Source: Stegostoma tigrinum (Eukaryota). From it: a stretch of DNA of 64,000 nucleotides. The notes beneath the pieces are model-generated. The model was not told where the DNA came from, ran no database searches, and was given only the letters and a program-made list of their open reading frames with translations. The position numbers and the translations under genes are program-made. The DNA lies in the NCBI RefSeq assembly GCF_030684315.1, contig NC_081393.1, positions 3,228,264-3,292,263 of the forward strand. Reading direction: 5' to 3'. Of this stretch, positions 49,525 to 61,842 are shown piece by piece; position 1 is the stretch's first letter, and every line of letters begins with the position of its first letter.

Positions 49525-52173
49525 ATGCACACATGACTGGTAACTGCTTTGGACCTTTTTTGGAGGTAACACAATTCCTAATAGAGACACCAGAAAAGGA
49601 ACAGCTTCCCTCACTAACCAGTTCTTGCAACAGAGTAGCATTTGACTTGATCTGCAACAGGACAACCGCTCATGAGATGTGTAGTCTGTAAGTTAATGTA
49701 CAATATGCTCCCATTACAACACATCTGGTTTAACTCACTGCACCATTGTTAGATGCAGAGTAACGTTGTACTTGTAAACAACATAGCCCATCTGGGAATG
49801 ATTCTTCCTGGCTCTTGTAACTCCAGATGGACCTCTGGGTGAGTGCCAGATTGAAGTATAGCCCATGAAACCCATTCCAGAACACATGCAGAGTGTTGTG
49901 CAAGTGGGTGTCACCTGAGATGCTGTGGACGGAATAGGAGAAACCCACATGGGCCTCTTACAAATAAAGGATGGGAAAGAGTATTTATCTCGACCCCACT
50001 CGATGCAAATTTTGTAAACTTATATCAATGTATAGTTACGGTAATTTTATGTTCAGATATGAGCTTGTACATTCCAGATTGAAAGTTATTAACTGCACTG
50101 AAATCTGCTGAAGATATATATATATTTGACTTCTAAATAAACTTGCTTGTTGTTGCTCCTTTCAGTAAGCTTGAGGCTGTCAAAACTCTGCTGTTTGTTT
50201 CCTAACTCCTATTTGCAAGTCTGTTCACCCATCACCTCTGTCCTCAATGACCTCCAATGTCAGTGTTAAAATTGCCATCTTTGTTTTAAGATCCCTTCGT
50301 GACCTCACCCTTCTGTCATCTCTGCCAACTTGATGGAAAACCCTGTGTTTCTCTGTTGAGCTTAAGCCACTCGATTTTTCCTTCTACTCTTGTAAACAAC
50401 AGTAAAAAATAAAAACGGGAAAAAAACTGCAGGCGCTGTAAATCAGGAAAAAAAACAAAGTTGCTGGAAAAGCTCAGCAGGTCTGACAGCATCTGTGAAG
50501 GATAAAGCTGGGTTAATGTTTTGAGTTTGGTGAACCTTCCTCAGAACAGTAAAAAAATTGTTAGTTTGCCCAGAGCATGGCACTGTAAAAATACACATAA
50601 CGTCAACGAAGGTTATGATGAAATCTCAGCAAAATTGAATTAAAATATAATTTCTGACGATCATAGTGTACCCCAGCCCATGTGAGCCACTGGCCATGAA
50701 AGTTCTGAAATGTGCCAGTTCACTCCACCTGCTCCCTCAACTGCTCAGATGTAACATGGAAGTGGGGCTGACAGTCTAACATCATGACTCCCCCAACGCC
50801 CACTGCCTAGTCATGTTGATGGCCATCTTGACCAGACCAAGAAACTAACCCATATGCAAGACGTCAACGTGCCTGTTTTCATCCTGGAAGGGTATCAGTG
50901 AACCAGGCGGACTTTTACAATAATTGATAATAACAGGGCACCACTTTTGAGACTGGCTTCGCATAATTTAAATTCTATTCATTCCTAAATCGGACAATCT
51001 TTTGAACCAGTTGAATCTAACCTCTTTTTGTCCTGTAGTGTAAATTAATCCTCAACCTTCTTATGGCTGAAACCAACTGAGCCAAGGTGACTTCAGGTGA
51101 CTTAAGGATATTCACTTTCCAGTGTTGACCCCGAAGTGGGAAGAACACAGTCTGACTTCCAAGTGGAAGTGACTGAGGTAAACTCATTACCAGATAAGAA
51201 ACAAGTCAAGAGTTCTGGGAGTTTAACCCAAGAGACAAAAGTGAAAGTATTTAAATATTGTATTGTTCATCGTACTGATATTGTGTGTGGACATAGCATA
51301 CTTGGCTTCATTTGCTGCAGAGGCATTTGAGCTTTCTCTCCTCCATCTGAATAAATCAATTGCTGGATGCCAAGATGTAGAAAATTGTAGACCCACAAAG
51401 CAAGCATGACTTTGGCCAAACATGACAGATATAAGACTGACCCATCAACTGAAATCTTGTGACAAGAAATAATTGCTCAGAACAGTTTACCTCACTTTTG
51501 TTTTGCGTTTTACTTGAAGACTGTCGAAAGGTTATAAATCAGTTCTCAGAAAGAACTGGAGATGCTGATATGTGACAACACTTGCAGAGAGAGGAATAGA
51601 GTTAATGTTTCTGGTATGTGACGTTGTCCAGCACCAACAAACTGTACAATTGATGAACAAAGCATAGTTTAGGAAGTGTGTTGATGGCGGCAGTTAAAAG
51701 GTAGAATGTTATCAACCAGAAAGTATATATTCGGTCGATCGAGCCTGGTCCCATTCCCCTACTCTTCCCAGAACAGCCTGCAATTATTGTCCCCCACGTT
51801 AATGCCCAATTTCCCTCTTGAAATTTATTGTTGAATCTGTTTCCACTACATTTTCAGGCAGCGCATTGGAGATCCTAATAACTGACTTGGTAAATAAAAA
51901 TTGTCTTCTTCCCCTATGTAGATTTTTTTATCAATGATCTTATATATGGTCCTCTGGTTACTGACTTAGACACTCAGATTAACTTATTTATACATATAGA
52001 TAAGTGCGTATGTATATTTCCACATATGTATAATATATATATATAAAAATAGATGTTGTTGTCTCTTTATTCTTATTACAAATGCAACAGGGGCCTTATA
52101 ATGAAAGTAGCTCATACAAAACAGACACATTCTGATTATACATCCTTCTCTGCAGGACAGGGATAGTGTTGTG

Positions 52174-52325
52174 ACAACATTGTGCAGAGCTGGAGGAATA
52201 CAGCCGGCCAGGGAACATCAGACGGACCCTTCTTCCTCTTCTGATACTGCCCAGCCTGCTGTGTTCTTCTAGCTCCACACTGTGTTGCCTCTGACTCCAG
52301 CATCTGCAGTTCTTGCTATCTCTGA
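52174..52325. mobile_element. Older short fold-back PLE tail
   Basis: Diverged tail arms. gggatagtgttgtg / gggataacattgtg at 52160-52173 / 52326-52339. Confidence 0.7.
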
Positions 52326-53389
52326 GGGATAACATTGTGGTCTGCTCTTGGGTTCAAGATAGAGTAGGTATGTATGATTACAACGTTTTTTTCATGAATA
52401 TGAGCATGAGAATTTTGAAGTATAAGTGATCTCTCAAGGAAACAGTCCCTGAGTTGAACCTTTCGCAGGTACAGTTTCTGCTCATTCAGGTATCTGCAAT
52501 TCCACCTCAAGTTGTACCCCAAAATATGACTCTTGTCAGAAATGTCTTTTGTCCTTGAGTTTCCACTCAAATTTGTCCATCAAGTTTGACACAAACCCAC
52601 ACAATCATGCCCCATTTTAAATGTCATCCTTCTTCAAAAAAGCTTGCTTTCAAAAAGTATTACTTGATATGTTTAAGACTGCTCGGTGTAGAGTAAGAGA
52701 AGTTATACCTTCAACAAACATGACTTCATTTACTTTCAACAATAATTGCTGAATAAGCTAAAATGTTTTGATCTTGTTTAAGCCATAAATCTGTGCTGAT
52801 TGCATTTAAATTAACACGCTTGTAAACTGAAAGGGGTTGTACAGTGTTTGTACAAGTTCTTCATTTATATAGCAGTCTGGGAGCAGACTTGGTCTGTGGT
52901 CATTACAATCAATAGATTTTTGTTCTGTGAAATAGAGTCAAGCGAGAACAACATTTCAGTTTTTAAAGTGTTTCTCAAAAATAACAAATCCATAAATGTT
53001 GTGATCTATACTTGTGTTTTGTATCACTTGCTATGCAGCTGTGGTTCCAACAAACGCTTTTAAATACAGTCCTCTGTGGGGAATATTGTTCCCAAATACA
53101 ATTCTGTAATATTTATTCAATATCACACACTGGATTTATACCCAAAATTTAAATTAATCTCCAGAGCACAAAGACACCACAAAACCTTCGGGAGCAACAT
53201 GCCCACACCTGTGAGTACTTAAGTCAGTACTTACCCCCTAATTAGATATTGTGACAATCAACAGCAATATTTTTTTTCTCTCAGATTCATTTCTCTTTTT
53301 AAAAAGTGAAGTTTAACTCATCAATCGCTGATGAGTTAACTTGTTCTATTTGTTCATAAGTGAACAAGTGAACTTGTGTTTCTGCATTA

Positions 53390-54834
53390 TCAGGTGTAAA
53401 TTTGGTATGGCTGGTTTACAAGGATAATGTCTTCAATCCGTTTGGCCAGAGCAGTACACTTGAATTCTGTTCTTTGGTGCTTCCTTTTTGCTTCCATGAG
53501 AAAACTGCCACTGATCACAATTCTATAGCAAATAGCCCAACCACAACTGATAGCAAATGCTTCACTGCGAGAAATTTTCAGACGGAGATAAAAATCAGGA
53601 AGGAAATGTCATAATTCTAAACTTTTAGCTCCTTTCCAGCAGAATGGATTATTTACAGACCAATTACTAATAGCTTTTAGAAGCTCATAACCTTGCATCC
53701 TCAAAATCAATATTTCACAGTGTCAAGACCAGCAAATGCTACTCAATGAAAGGTGGTACAACATTTTATCGAACTTACATGTGTTCTCTGTACATAAGAG
53801 TCTGACATCGAAATCCTGAAGCAGGTTCATAAGACTCTTGGTGAATTGACTTTTGGACTGATGCACCGTTCAGTTGAAATATTGATGAATAGATTATCTG
53901 GCATTTCTCCACCAGTTTGAACTCTGGATTGTAAGAGCTATGATCTATCAGTGAATTTGAGAAATTCCAAAGCGTGCATTTATGTAGCAATTTTGATGTC
54001 AAAAAGCACTCCAGGATGTTCCAACGGAGCATAATAAAAAGCACACTTGAAATCAAGCCAAAGAAGGTAAAAGTAGAATAAGTGAACAAAAGCTCAATCA
54101 AAGAGGTAAGATTTAGGAATTGTCTTAAAAGAGGACAGAAAGGTGGAGAGATTTTTGGAGGGATCACTGTAATGTAGCTCATATTGCCAAATAAAGCATC
54201 CCAGTCAAGTCGTGCCTCAGTTGAGGACAACTTCCAGAAATATTGTTTAAGCGATGAGTGATGCATCATTCATATTGTCAGCGTCTCAATGATCAGCTCC
54301 CAAAGGTAACACTCCAGCCCAAATCAGATGATAGTGTCAACCCAGGCAGTTCAACATAGCAAGGAGAAACATTGCATTTGGGTGAATAAGAATGATCTGC
54401 AATAGACTGCAAAACATGAGTTGTCAGAATGAAAAAGAACTGATTGTGACCCAATTAATCTTTGAGCAGTATCAGAATTTTTAAATATCAGCCTACTCTT
54501 TCACATCATAACTATGATGTTTTGTGAATTTAAATCCTGAAGCCAAGTGATTGTCTCTTCATTCTGCTGGAAAGGAGCTAAAAGTTTAGAAGTAATTATG
54601 AGATTTCCTTCCTGATTTTTATCTCCGTCTGAAAATTTCTCGCAGTGAAGCATTTGCTATCAGTTGTGGTTGGGCTATTTGCTACAGAATTGTGATCAGT
54701 GGCAGTTTTCTCATGGAAGCAATAGGGAAGCACCAAAGAATAGAATTCAAGTGAACTGCTCTGGCCGAATGGATTGAAGTTGTACACACACAGACATTAT
54801 CCTTGTAAATCAGCCATACCAAATGTACACCTGA
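53390..54834. repeat. Long inverted repeat, arms 53390-53646 and 54560-54834, 913-bp spacer
   Basis: By-eye alignment shows 10 substitutions and two indels (14 and 4 bp). The same peptide appears in ORFs 53402(+) and 54596(-). Confidence 0.95.
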
Positions 54835-56849
54835 CAAAGCCGCTGACTTATTTATTATTGGTTAAAAGCAACAGCTTACAGCAATCGGTGAGGGAAAATA
54901 AACTAGCTTTCTTCAGGCTTCAGGTATTTCCCACTGCAGAGAGACACACTACTTCTCATTCTAGAGATCCAAAAACTTCTGATAATATTGTTTATACCTA
55001 TAAGCATTTAAGCTACCTTCGAGCCAACAATATAGCTGATGGCAAGCAGAAAGTCTTTATCATCGATAACTGGTCACTAGTCCACAGACCAATCGGCGAC
55101 TAGTTGCCAGTTGAATCTGTTTGTGCACAGTCTTTCATTCCAGCTTGACTGCAAAATATATATTGCTGCTTAAAAATGTGATGAGTACCAGGTTACTTGC
55201 TTTCAAACATACAGCATTCCTTAGTTTTTAAACCAGTTCCTTTTGCAATTCAATCCACAATCAAAAACTCAGAACAAGTGAATCGTGGCAGGAGGGTTCA
55301 AGAAGCCAGGGTTGGGCAAAGTGATGTGTCAGTGTCAAGTGATTTGCGATGGTTCCAAGCTTACTTCTATCTGATGCTGGGTCCCTCAATCAGGCCTGAC
55401 GAAGAAGGACCCCTTCTTCTCCTCCATTTGCTTTACAGCTTCTTCAATTGTGAGTCTCCATTTAACGCCTCAATTAGCAGCAAGGTGGGAAAGCCATTCA
55501 TGGGTCTCTCACCATGGACTTAACCAGAACAGAGCTGAAAGCAGCAGAGTTATAATGCATTAAATTTTACCCCACATGTTCTCTACAATATAACTGAAGC
55601 ATATGCTGATACAGAGAGATGAAAAGGGTCAGTAGGAAGCTTATCCCAGAGCTTGTGTTACAGACGCAATATTATTATGAATCTCACTTTCATGTGGAGC
55701 AAAATCACTCTAAGTTTCAGATTGAATGCTGCAAGTAGTTATGGAAAAAATCTGTGTTTTTCTGACACTGAGTCTGCAGAACAACTTTGTTCCTTCCCCA
55801 AGTAATGACCAATTTTTTCCAGTAGCCCTCCAACCTTTGGCCAAGCAATTGGAGTCTGGAGAGTTCTAGACATCACACGTTTGGAAGAATGTGAAGATAT
55901 TAGAGACAGTGCAGAAAAGATTCACAAGAACAATTCGAAGGTTGAAGTACTTCAGTCACATAGACAGCTTGGAGCTGTTGTACTGTTAAACTTGGACATT
56001 ACTCAGAGGTATTTGAAACTTGATGGGTCTGGATAGGAGAGTATATGGGGAGAAACTGTTCCCATTGAAAAAAATTATTGGGAACCAAATCTCAAAGCTA
56101 GAAGGTAATTGCCAAAAGCAGCAATGGCAACAACTGGTTAGAGTCCAGAAAGCACTGCCTGAGCATATGGTGGTGGAGGCAAGTTTGATCAAGGCATCCA
56201 AGATGGCATTGGATTGTTATAAGAAAATGTAGAATATGCAGGTCAATGAGGTGAAGGTGACAAGTGGCAATTGGTGAACTGCTCCTTCAAAGAGCCACGA
56301 TGGAATGAATGATGTCCTTCTGTGCTATTGCCATTCAGTAATGTTGAGAAGAGTCTCAAAGATGTTTGGTGCCATATGACTCACTGCTTTGCAGAAACTT
56401 ACAATTACTGTGTTGGTCAAGTAAACTTGTCATGAATAAAGCTGCTGCTTCTCTGTAATGATCCACAGTTCAGACTCACTATTAACAATTGCTGTTGGAT
56501 TTCAAGCAATGGGTACTATGCAGGGGCAGGATGAGGAAGATATAGAATTAGGTTCCCCATAGAATTTAACCAGAGTCCTAAAATGTTCTCATATTCTTCC
56601 AACAAATAGTAACAAGCACCTTATTTGTGATCCCGACAATGTGAGAAAACAGTTGTCAGATTAATTTACTCTCAGCGTTGCTAAATATAGAGACAAATGT
56701 TGAAAAATAGAATGTTACTTCAAATATGATAGTCATTCAGCCTATTCCTGGTTATCTGAAGAGCTGCCTAACTTTTGTTCTTCAAATATTTGCTTCACCA
56801 AGTTTGTTTTGCTTGAGTGAAGAGACAAGATAATTAACCACATAAAGAT

Positions 56850-57262
56850 TGTTGATTTGCTCACCAAGCTGGCCGGTTACAGTTCAGTTGTTTTGTCACC
56901 ATGCCAGGTATCATCATCAGTACGGCCTCCGATGAAGCGATGTTGTTCTACTCCATTTAGTATTTATATGATCCGGTCTGTTGAGATGTTCCTAGGTGCC
57001 TGGTTCTCCATCCATAATGCAATCAATAAACATGCTTAATTAGACCCCATGTACAAACTCTTGCAAAAAAGAACCAGAAATGACACAAAACACCTCAACG
57101 GACTGTCGCATATAAATACTGAGCAGAATAGAACAACATCACTTCATTGGAGGCCGTATTGATGATGTTACCTGCCATGGTAAACTATAACCAGCGAGCT
57201 CAGTGAGCAAGTTAACAACCGCATCCACACCCCTAGCTTCAAATCTTCGCAAGAACCTTAAA
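56850..57262. mobile_element. Old fold-back Poseidon-type PLE tail
   Basis: Inverted arms (ggaggccgtactgatga.../ggaggccgtattgatga...) similar to 7330-7580. The hammerhead is degenerate. Confidence 0.75.
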
Positions 57263-58650
57263 CTATCCTAAAAGGATCATCACCATCTCTCACAAGGCAG
57301 GGAGACAGACCTCCATAGCTGACAAGGAGTTTGAACCTGGATTGTTGGTGTCTCTCTGCATTACACTCTTGCTGCCAGCCTGCTATGGATATAACTGAGA
57401 TGTTCAAAATGATTTAAGGAGCTGATACAGTTGATGGGATAAACGCTAATTCTTTTGATGAAACAGGGCAGTTCAGATCAAAGGGGCAAGAACCTTAAAA
57501 TGAGAGCCAAGCTGTACAAGGGTGATGATGTGAACCAGTTCTTCACGTAAAGTGTAACTTTTAAACCAATTATAACTTCAATTGTTGGTTTCTTACATAA
57601 AAATTTGTTTCATAATTAAGGGAAACTCAAACAATCGATATTTAGTCTCAAATTCCAGACTTCGTGAAAGTATTGATTAATGTAGCTTCAATTAGAGAGT
57701 ATTGCAGTTACTCACAATGCTGCTGGATGTTTGGAAATGTGTTCAGTTAAAAGCAGTCAGCAAAATATGGAATGCACACCACTAAAAAGACTGTTGGGAT
57801 CGGAAATTTGAAAAGAAGTTATGGAACCAAGACTGATAAATTGAGTGAAGCGAAAGATTTGCTATGATCTAACTGAATGGAAATTCAGGCTTGAGATGAC
57901 TGGATGAGCACTTCCGTTTCCTGTTTTCCATTTTCTCTCCATTCAGGTGTTACATGCCTTTTTTTCCAATACTGTACACATTATTCGGAATCTAAGTGCT
58001 ATTGATTTTGTTATCTTGGCAAACATGCTCTTCTGCTATGATAGATTGGTAGATATATTCTATGCTGAAATAATTTTGCTAGTTTGGAAACTTATAGGCC
58101 GGAGGACGTTTCATCGTAAGACTGGGCCTCCAAGCAGTAACACAACTGGGTACCGTTAATGATTTGAAGTTTCTTTTAGTTGAGTGAATCTCCTAGTTTT
58201 ATCTTCAGTGGTGTAAAGGTCATGGAATTATTGACACTGCAGCTAAAGTGAAGTTAATCTCCAGTCTGGACATGAATCCACTCCTATTTTGCTCATAATT
58301 TACAGAATTTTACAGATATTACAACACAGGAAGAGGCCAGTCAGCCCAACTGTAATAAATTGATAATTTTGTTTTACTCATTCACAAGATGAGGGCATTG
58401 CTGTCTAGGACATCATTTATTGCCCATTAATCCACATTGCTGTAGGTCTGAAATCACGTTTAGGCCAGACCAGGTAAGGATCGCGATTTCCTTCCCTCAA
58501 GGACATTACCACACCAAATGGGTTTTTTCAACAATTGACAATGTTTTCATGGTCATGAGCAAACTCTCAACTCCAGATTTTGTTTTAAATTGAGTTCAAA
58601 TTCCACCATCTGCCATGGTGGAATTTGAACCCGGATCCTCAGAATATTTG

Positions 58651-59023
58651 AGATAGTAGGAACTGCAGATTCTGGAAAATCCAAGATAACAAGCTGGGTG
58701 AACACAGCAGGCCAAGCAGCATCTCAGGAGCAGGAAAGCTGACGTTTTGGGCATAGACCCTTCATCAGAAATGGGGGAGGGGAAGAGGGTTCTGAAATAG
58801 ATAAGGAGAGAGGGGGAGGCAGATCAAAGATGGACAAGACAGTTGCAGTGAGAGAGAGATCCCATGAGGTTTGTCCGGAGGGAGGAGGGTAACTTCTTCA
58901 GATTAGGCATCCTAAGAAGAGGCTTCGCAGTGGGGTTAAAATTGTATCAGAGATAATAGGAACTGCAGATGTTGGAGAATCTGAGATAACAAGATACAGA
59001 GCTGGATGAACACAGCAGACCAA
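58651..59023 (-). mobile_element. Internally deleted partial-tandem PLE inserted in a SINE
   Basis: On the minus strand: tail, a 105-nt unique segment with an ATG at 58910, then a pLTR with a degenerate hammerhead and tail. cagaatatttg is duplicated at 58640-58650 / 59024-59034. Confidence 0.8.
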
Positions 59024-60039
59024 CAGAATATTTGCTGAGTTTCTGGATTAATAGGCTAGCAATAATATGGCTTCAACCACTTCCCCAATTACTTCTCAAT
59101 GAGCAATATCCTGATATAAGAATGGGGAGGAGTCGACCATACAGCTTTCTCTGTACTCAAGACAATATCAAGGCTGATTGGGCTTCAACTTCTTTTCTTG
59201 CCCACTTCCCGTATCCCTGAGCTACAATCCCAGCCTTGAATATATTCAATGACAAAGCATCCACTGAGGTAGAGAATTACAAAAGCTTCACAGGAGGCTC
59301 CACAGCACTGACAATGTCATCCAGTAAGGGAACAGAATGTCTGCTATCCAACCTCCCAGCTGGGCGAACGCACCAACATCGACAACCAGCACCCGAGCTA
59401 CAAATCTTCACTCAAACCCTGAAACTCTCCAACAATCTTTTTGCTATGTCATTTCAATTTTCACCCACAACTATTGGCAACAGTCTGTTTCGATCTATTC
59501 TGTTTCACTCGTTCAGAACAAGTTCCCCATTAACATCCTGCACTGAATTTAAGATTACCTGAATCTCCTTGTGTAGTTGCCCTGTTCTCAGATGGAAAAT
59601 GTATTGGCTGATTTAAAAGTTGGAGCATTGGCTAACACAAGGCGGTAACTGAAAGCCGGGGTAGCAACAATATTCCAAGGTATTCAGTCTTGTGGTTAAA
59701 GCTGTCATCAGCAAAATGTAATTCAATTAATGCTCCATTCCACATGGACAGCCAGCTGTTGTGTGAGATGTATTTAACCAAATTTAATTTCACACTCAAT
59801 CTGACTTTAACAGTAACATGATGAACTTTGAACACACCAGATTGTCATGATTTTTTTTTTCTGACACTTCCACAGGTGACAGCAGTGACCTTCACCCACT
59901 GGAGAAACAGATTTGTTCTTCTCTGTGTCAGTGAGACTGTGATTCAGGATTTCTCAATCCTATGTGTCTGATATCTCCATAGTCAAATGCTCCAGTTCTC
60001 TCCTGACTAACCACCTGACATCTGTGCCTCCTTATTTAT

Positions 60040-60455
60040 ACTCTTGCTTCTGAATCATAGGTTCTTGAGTTCAAGTCTCACTTCAAGGCTTGAGCACAAA
60101 AATTAAAGCTGGCACTTCAGGACAGTACTGAAGGAATGCTCCGTGATCAGAGGTGCTGTCCTTTGGTTACAGAATTAAAGCAGGCCTCAGGTAGGTGCAA
60201 AAAAATCCCAAGCACAATTTCGGGGAAGAGTTGAGGAGTTCTGCTGATCACCCCAACCCAAAATCTATCCATCATTGAACATCACAGAAACAATCTGGTC
60301 ATGGTCACACTGCTGTTTAAAGGAGTTGCAGTGCAAATATTAGCTGTGCTACATTACAACAGTGTCGATGCATGAAAAAGTGCTCTATTACTGTAAAGCT
60401 CTATGAGATATATGGTGGGCATGAAAACATTATCTATTAATGTAAGTCTTTTCAC
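60040..60455 (+). mobile_element. Deu-domain SINE (SacSINE1/AmnSINE1-like)
   Basis: B-box gagttcaagtc, Deu-like cagtactgaaggaatgct...gaggtgctgtccttt, and an L2-like tail ending gtaagtcttttc. Confidence 0.7.
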
Positions 60456-61503
60456 AATCTGGAAAATTAAACCACCTTTATTCTAACTCAAACCAAATCC
60501 AATTCAGCGCTGTGCTTGTTGCCTTGTCTTATGTCTGGCAAACCTTGGAGTTAAAATTCTCATCCTTGTACTCAGTTTCCTGTCCCGCTCCATACCTCCC
60601 ATTCCCCATAACCTCTCACAATGCTGTAAATCTCCAAGATTTTTAGGTGGAATCTCCCCAGGTACTAAATGACATGGGCATTGTGGAGAAAGTTGGGAAA
60701 AATCATGTGAGATCAGCATTAAGGAGATTCCTCACAATGGGAGCAAGAATGCCCATTTTCCAACCTAGTGTTTAATGGAAAGCCAAGATGTTCACTCGTG
60801 AGTGGTGAGGCCTGATAGCATGCTTTAACTCCATCATTATTACATCATCTCACCTTATTGGAACGCTATTTCCCATTCTCCCAACCATGAACAAAAACTA
60901 GAAAGCAACAGTTCCCAACAGGAAAGTCAGAGCAGTAACCTGCCATCTCCAACTTGCCAATTGATCCTCTCCTGTTCAATATTGGACATGTGGCAACAAC
61001 ATCACAGTGCATGCAACATGGGCAGGGACGATATGCGCCCTCTGTCCACCAGCAACTGCAGCTGCCCATTGGCAACCTGAGATGCCATTTCACCTTTGTC
61101 CAACATGTCTGGTGCAATTGAAAGGAATCATGCAAGGCAGCTGCAGACTGCCAGCACTTGACTGAGTGCATAGCTCAACTTTTAAAATGGCATTCGCACC
61201 CGTAATTTTGAGAAGTCTTGGCAGTGACCAGGACTTGCACCTGTGGCAACTGAGGGAAAGCGACAAGCGGGGCCCGGTAAGAGTGGAGCACAAATGTAAT
61301 GAAGTGAGTTTGGGAAGATCACAATAAGGCCTTATGGAGAGAAATTCAGCTTGGGACTCAATAAAATTGACACGGCTTATTTTTGGTAAAATTTAGCCAT
61401 CTGCATTCCTCTGATTCGGACTTCTTGTGGATTTTTTTTTAATCACCACGCAGTTGGCAGCCTGACTTCAGCTGCCTGGGCTGTCTCTCCTTTTGCAGGT
61501 GTC

Positions 61504-61842
61504 TTACTTGGAGCCAGTGTACTTGGTGACCAACGTTGTGCCATCCAACACAACATGTGTGGCCAGCTTCCCAGGGAGCAGCAGGTACACAGCAGTCTGG
61601 ATCTCCAGGGAGATGGTGGTGCTGCTCTTGTTGCAATGTGCCAGGCAGGCAGTCCCGCTGGTGATTTGCTTGAAAATATCACTGACAAACAAGTCCATGA
61701 TACCCATGGCTCTGGAAGAAATGTCAGCGTCAGGGTGAACCTGCTTCATCACCTTGTAAATGTAGATAGAGCAACTCTCCTTACTGGACTTGGTCCAATT
61801 CTGGCAGATCTTCGGGGATAGCTTCTTCATGACACTCAACAC
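61504..61842 (-). pseudogene. H2B: Isolated divergent histone H2B copy, probably a pseudogene
   Basis: [29 protein letters not shown]...[17 protein letters not shown]...VTKYTGSK*. About 30 substitutions versus canonical H2B, many at CpG codons. The N-terminus is missing and no histone stem-loop follows the stop. Confidence 0.85.

Noticed and set aside
53402-54787. Two near-identical ORFs (FNPFGQSS...) as duplicated genes
   Set aside because: They simply reflect the inverted repeat, with non-ATG starts and no recognisable domain.
57947-58159. Acceptor-like site followed by a 70-codon ORF as a host exon
   Set aside because: No recognisable protein similarity and no partner exons. The same applies to acceptor-like sites near 21870 and 59875.
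60640-61400. Possible Harbinger-like non-autonomous element
   Set aside because: The composition is suggestive, but TIRs and TSD could not be identified.
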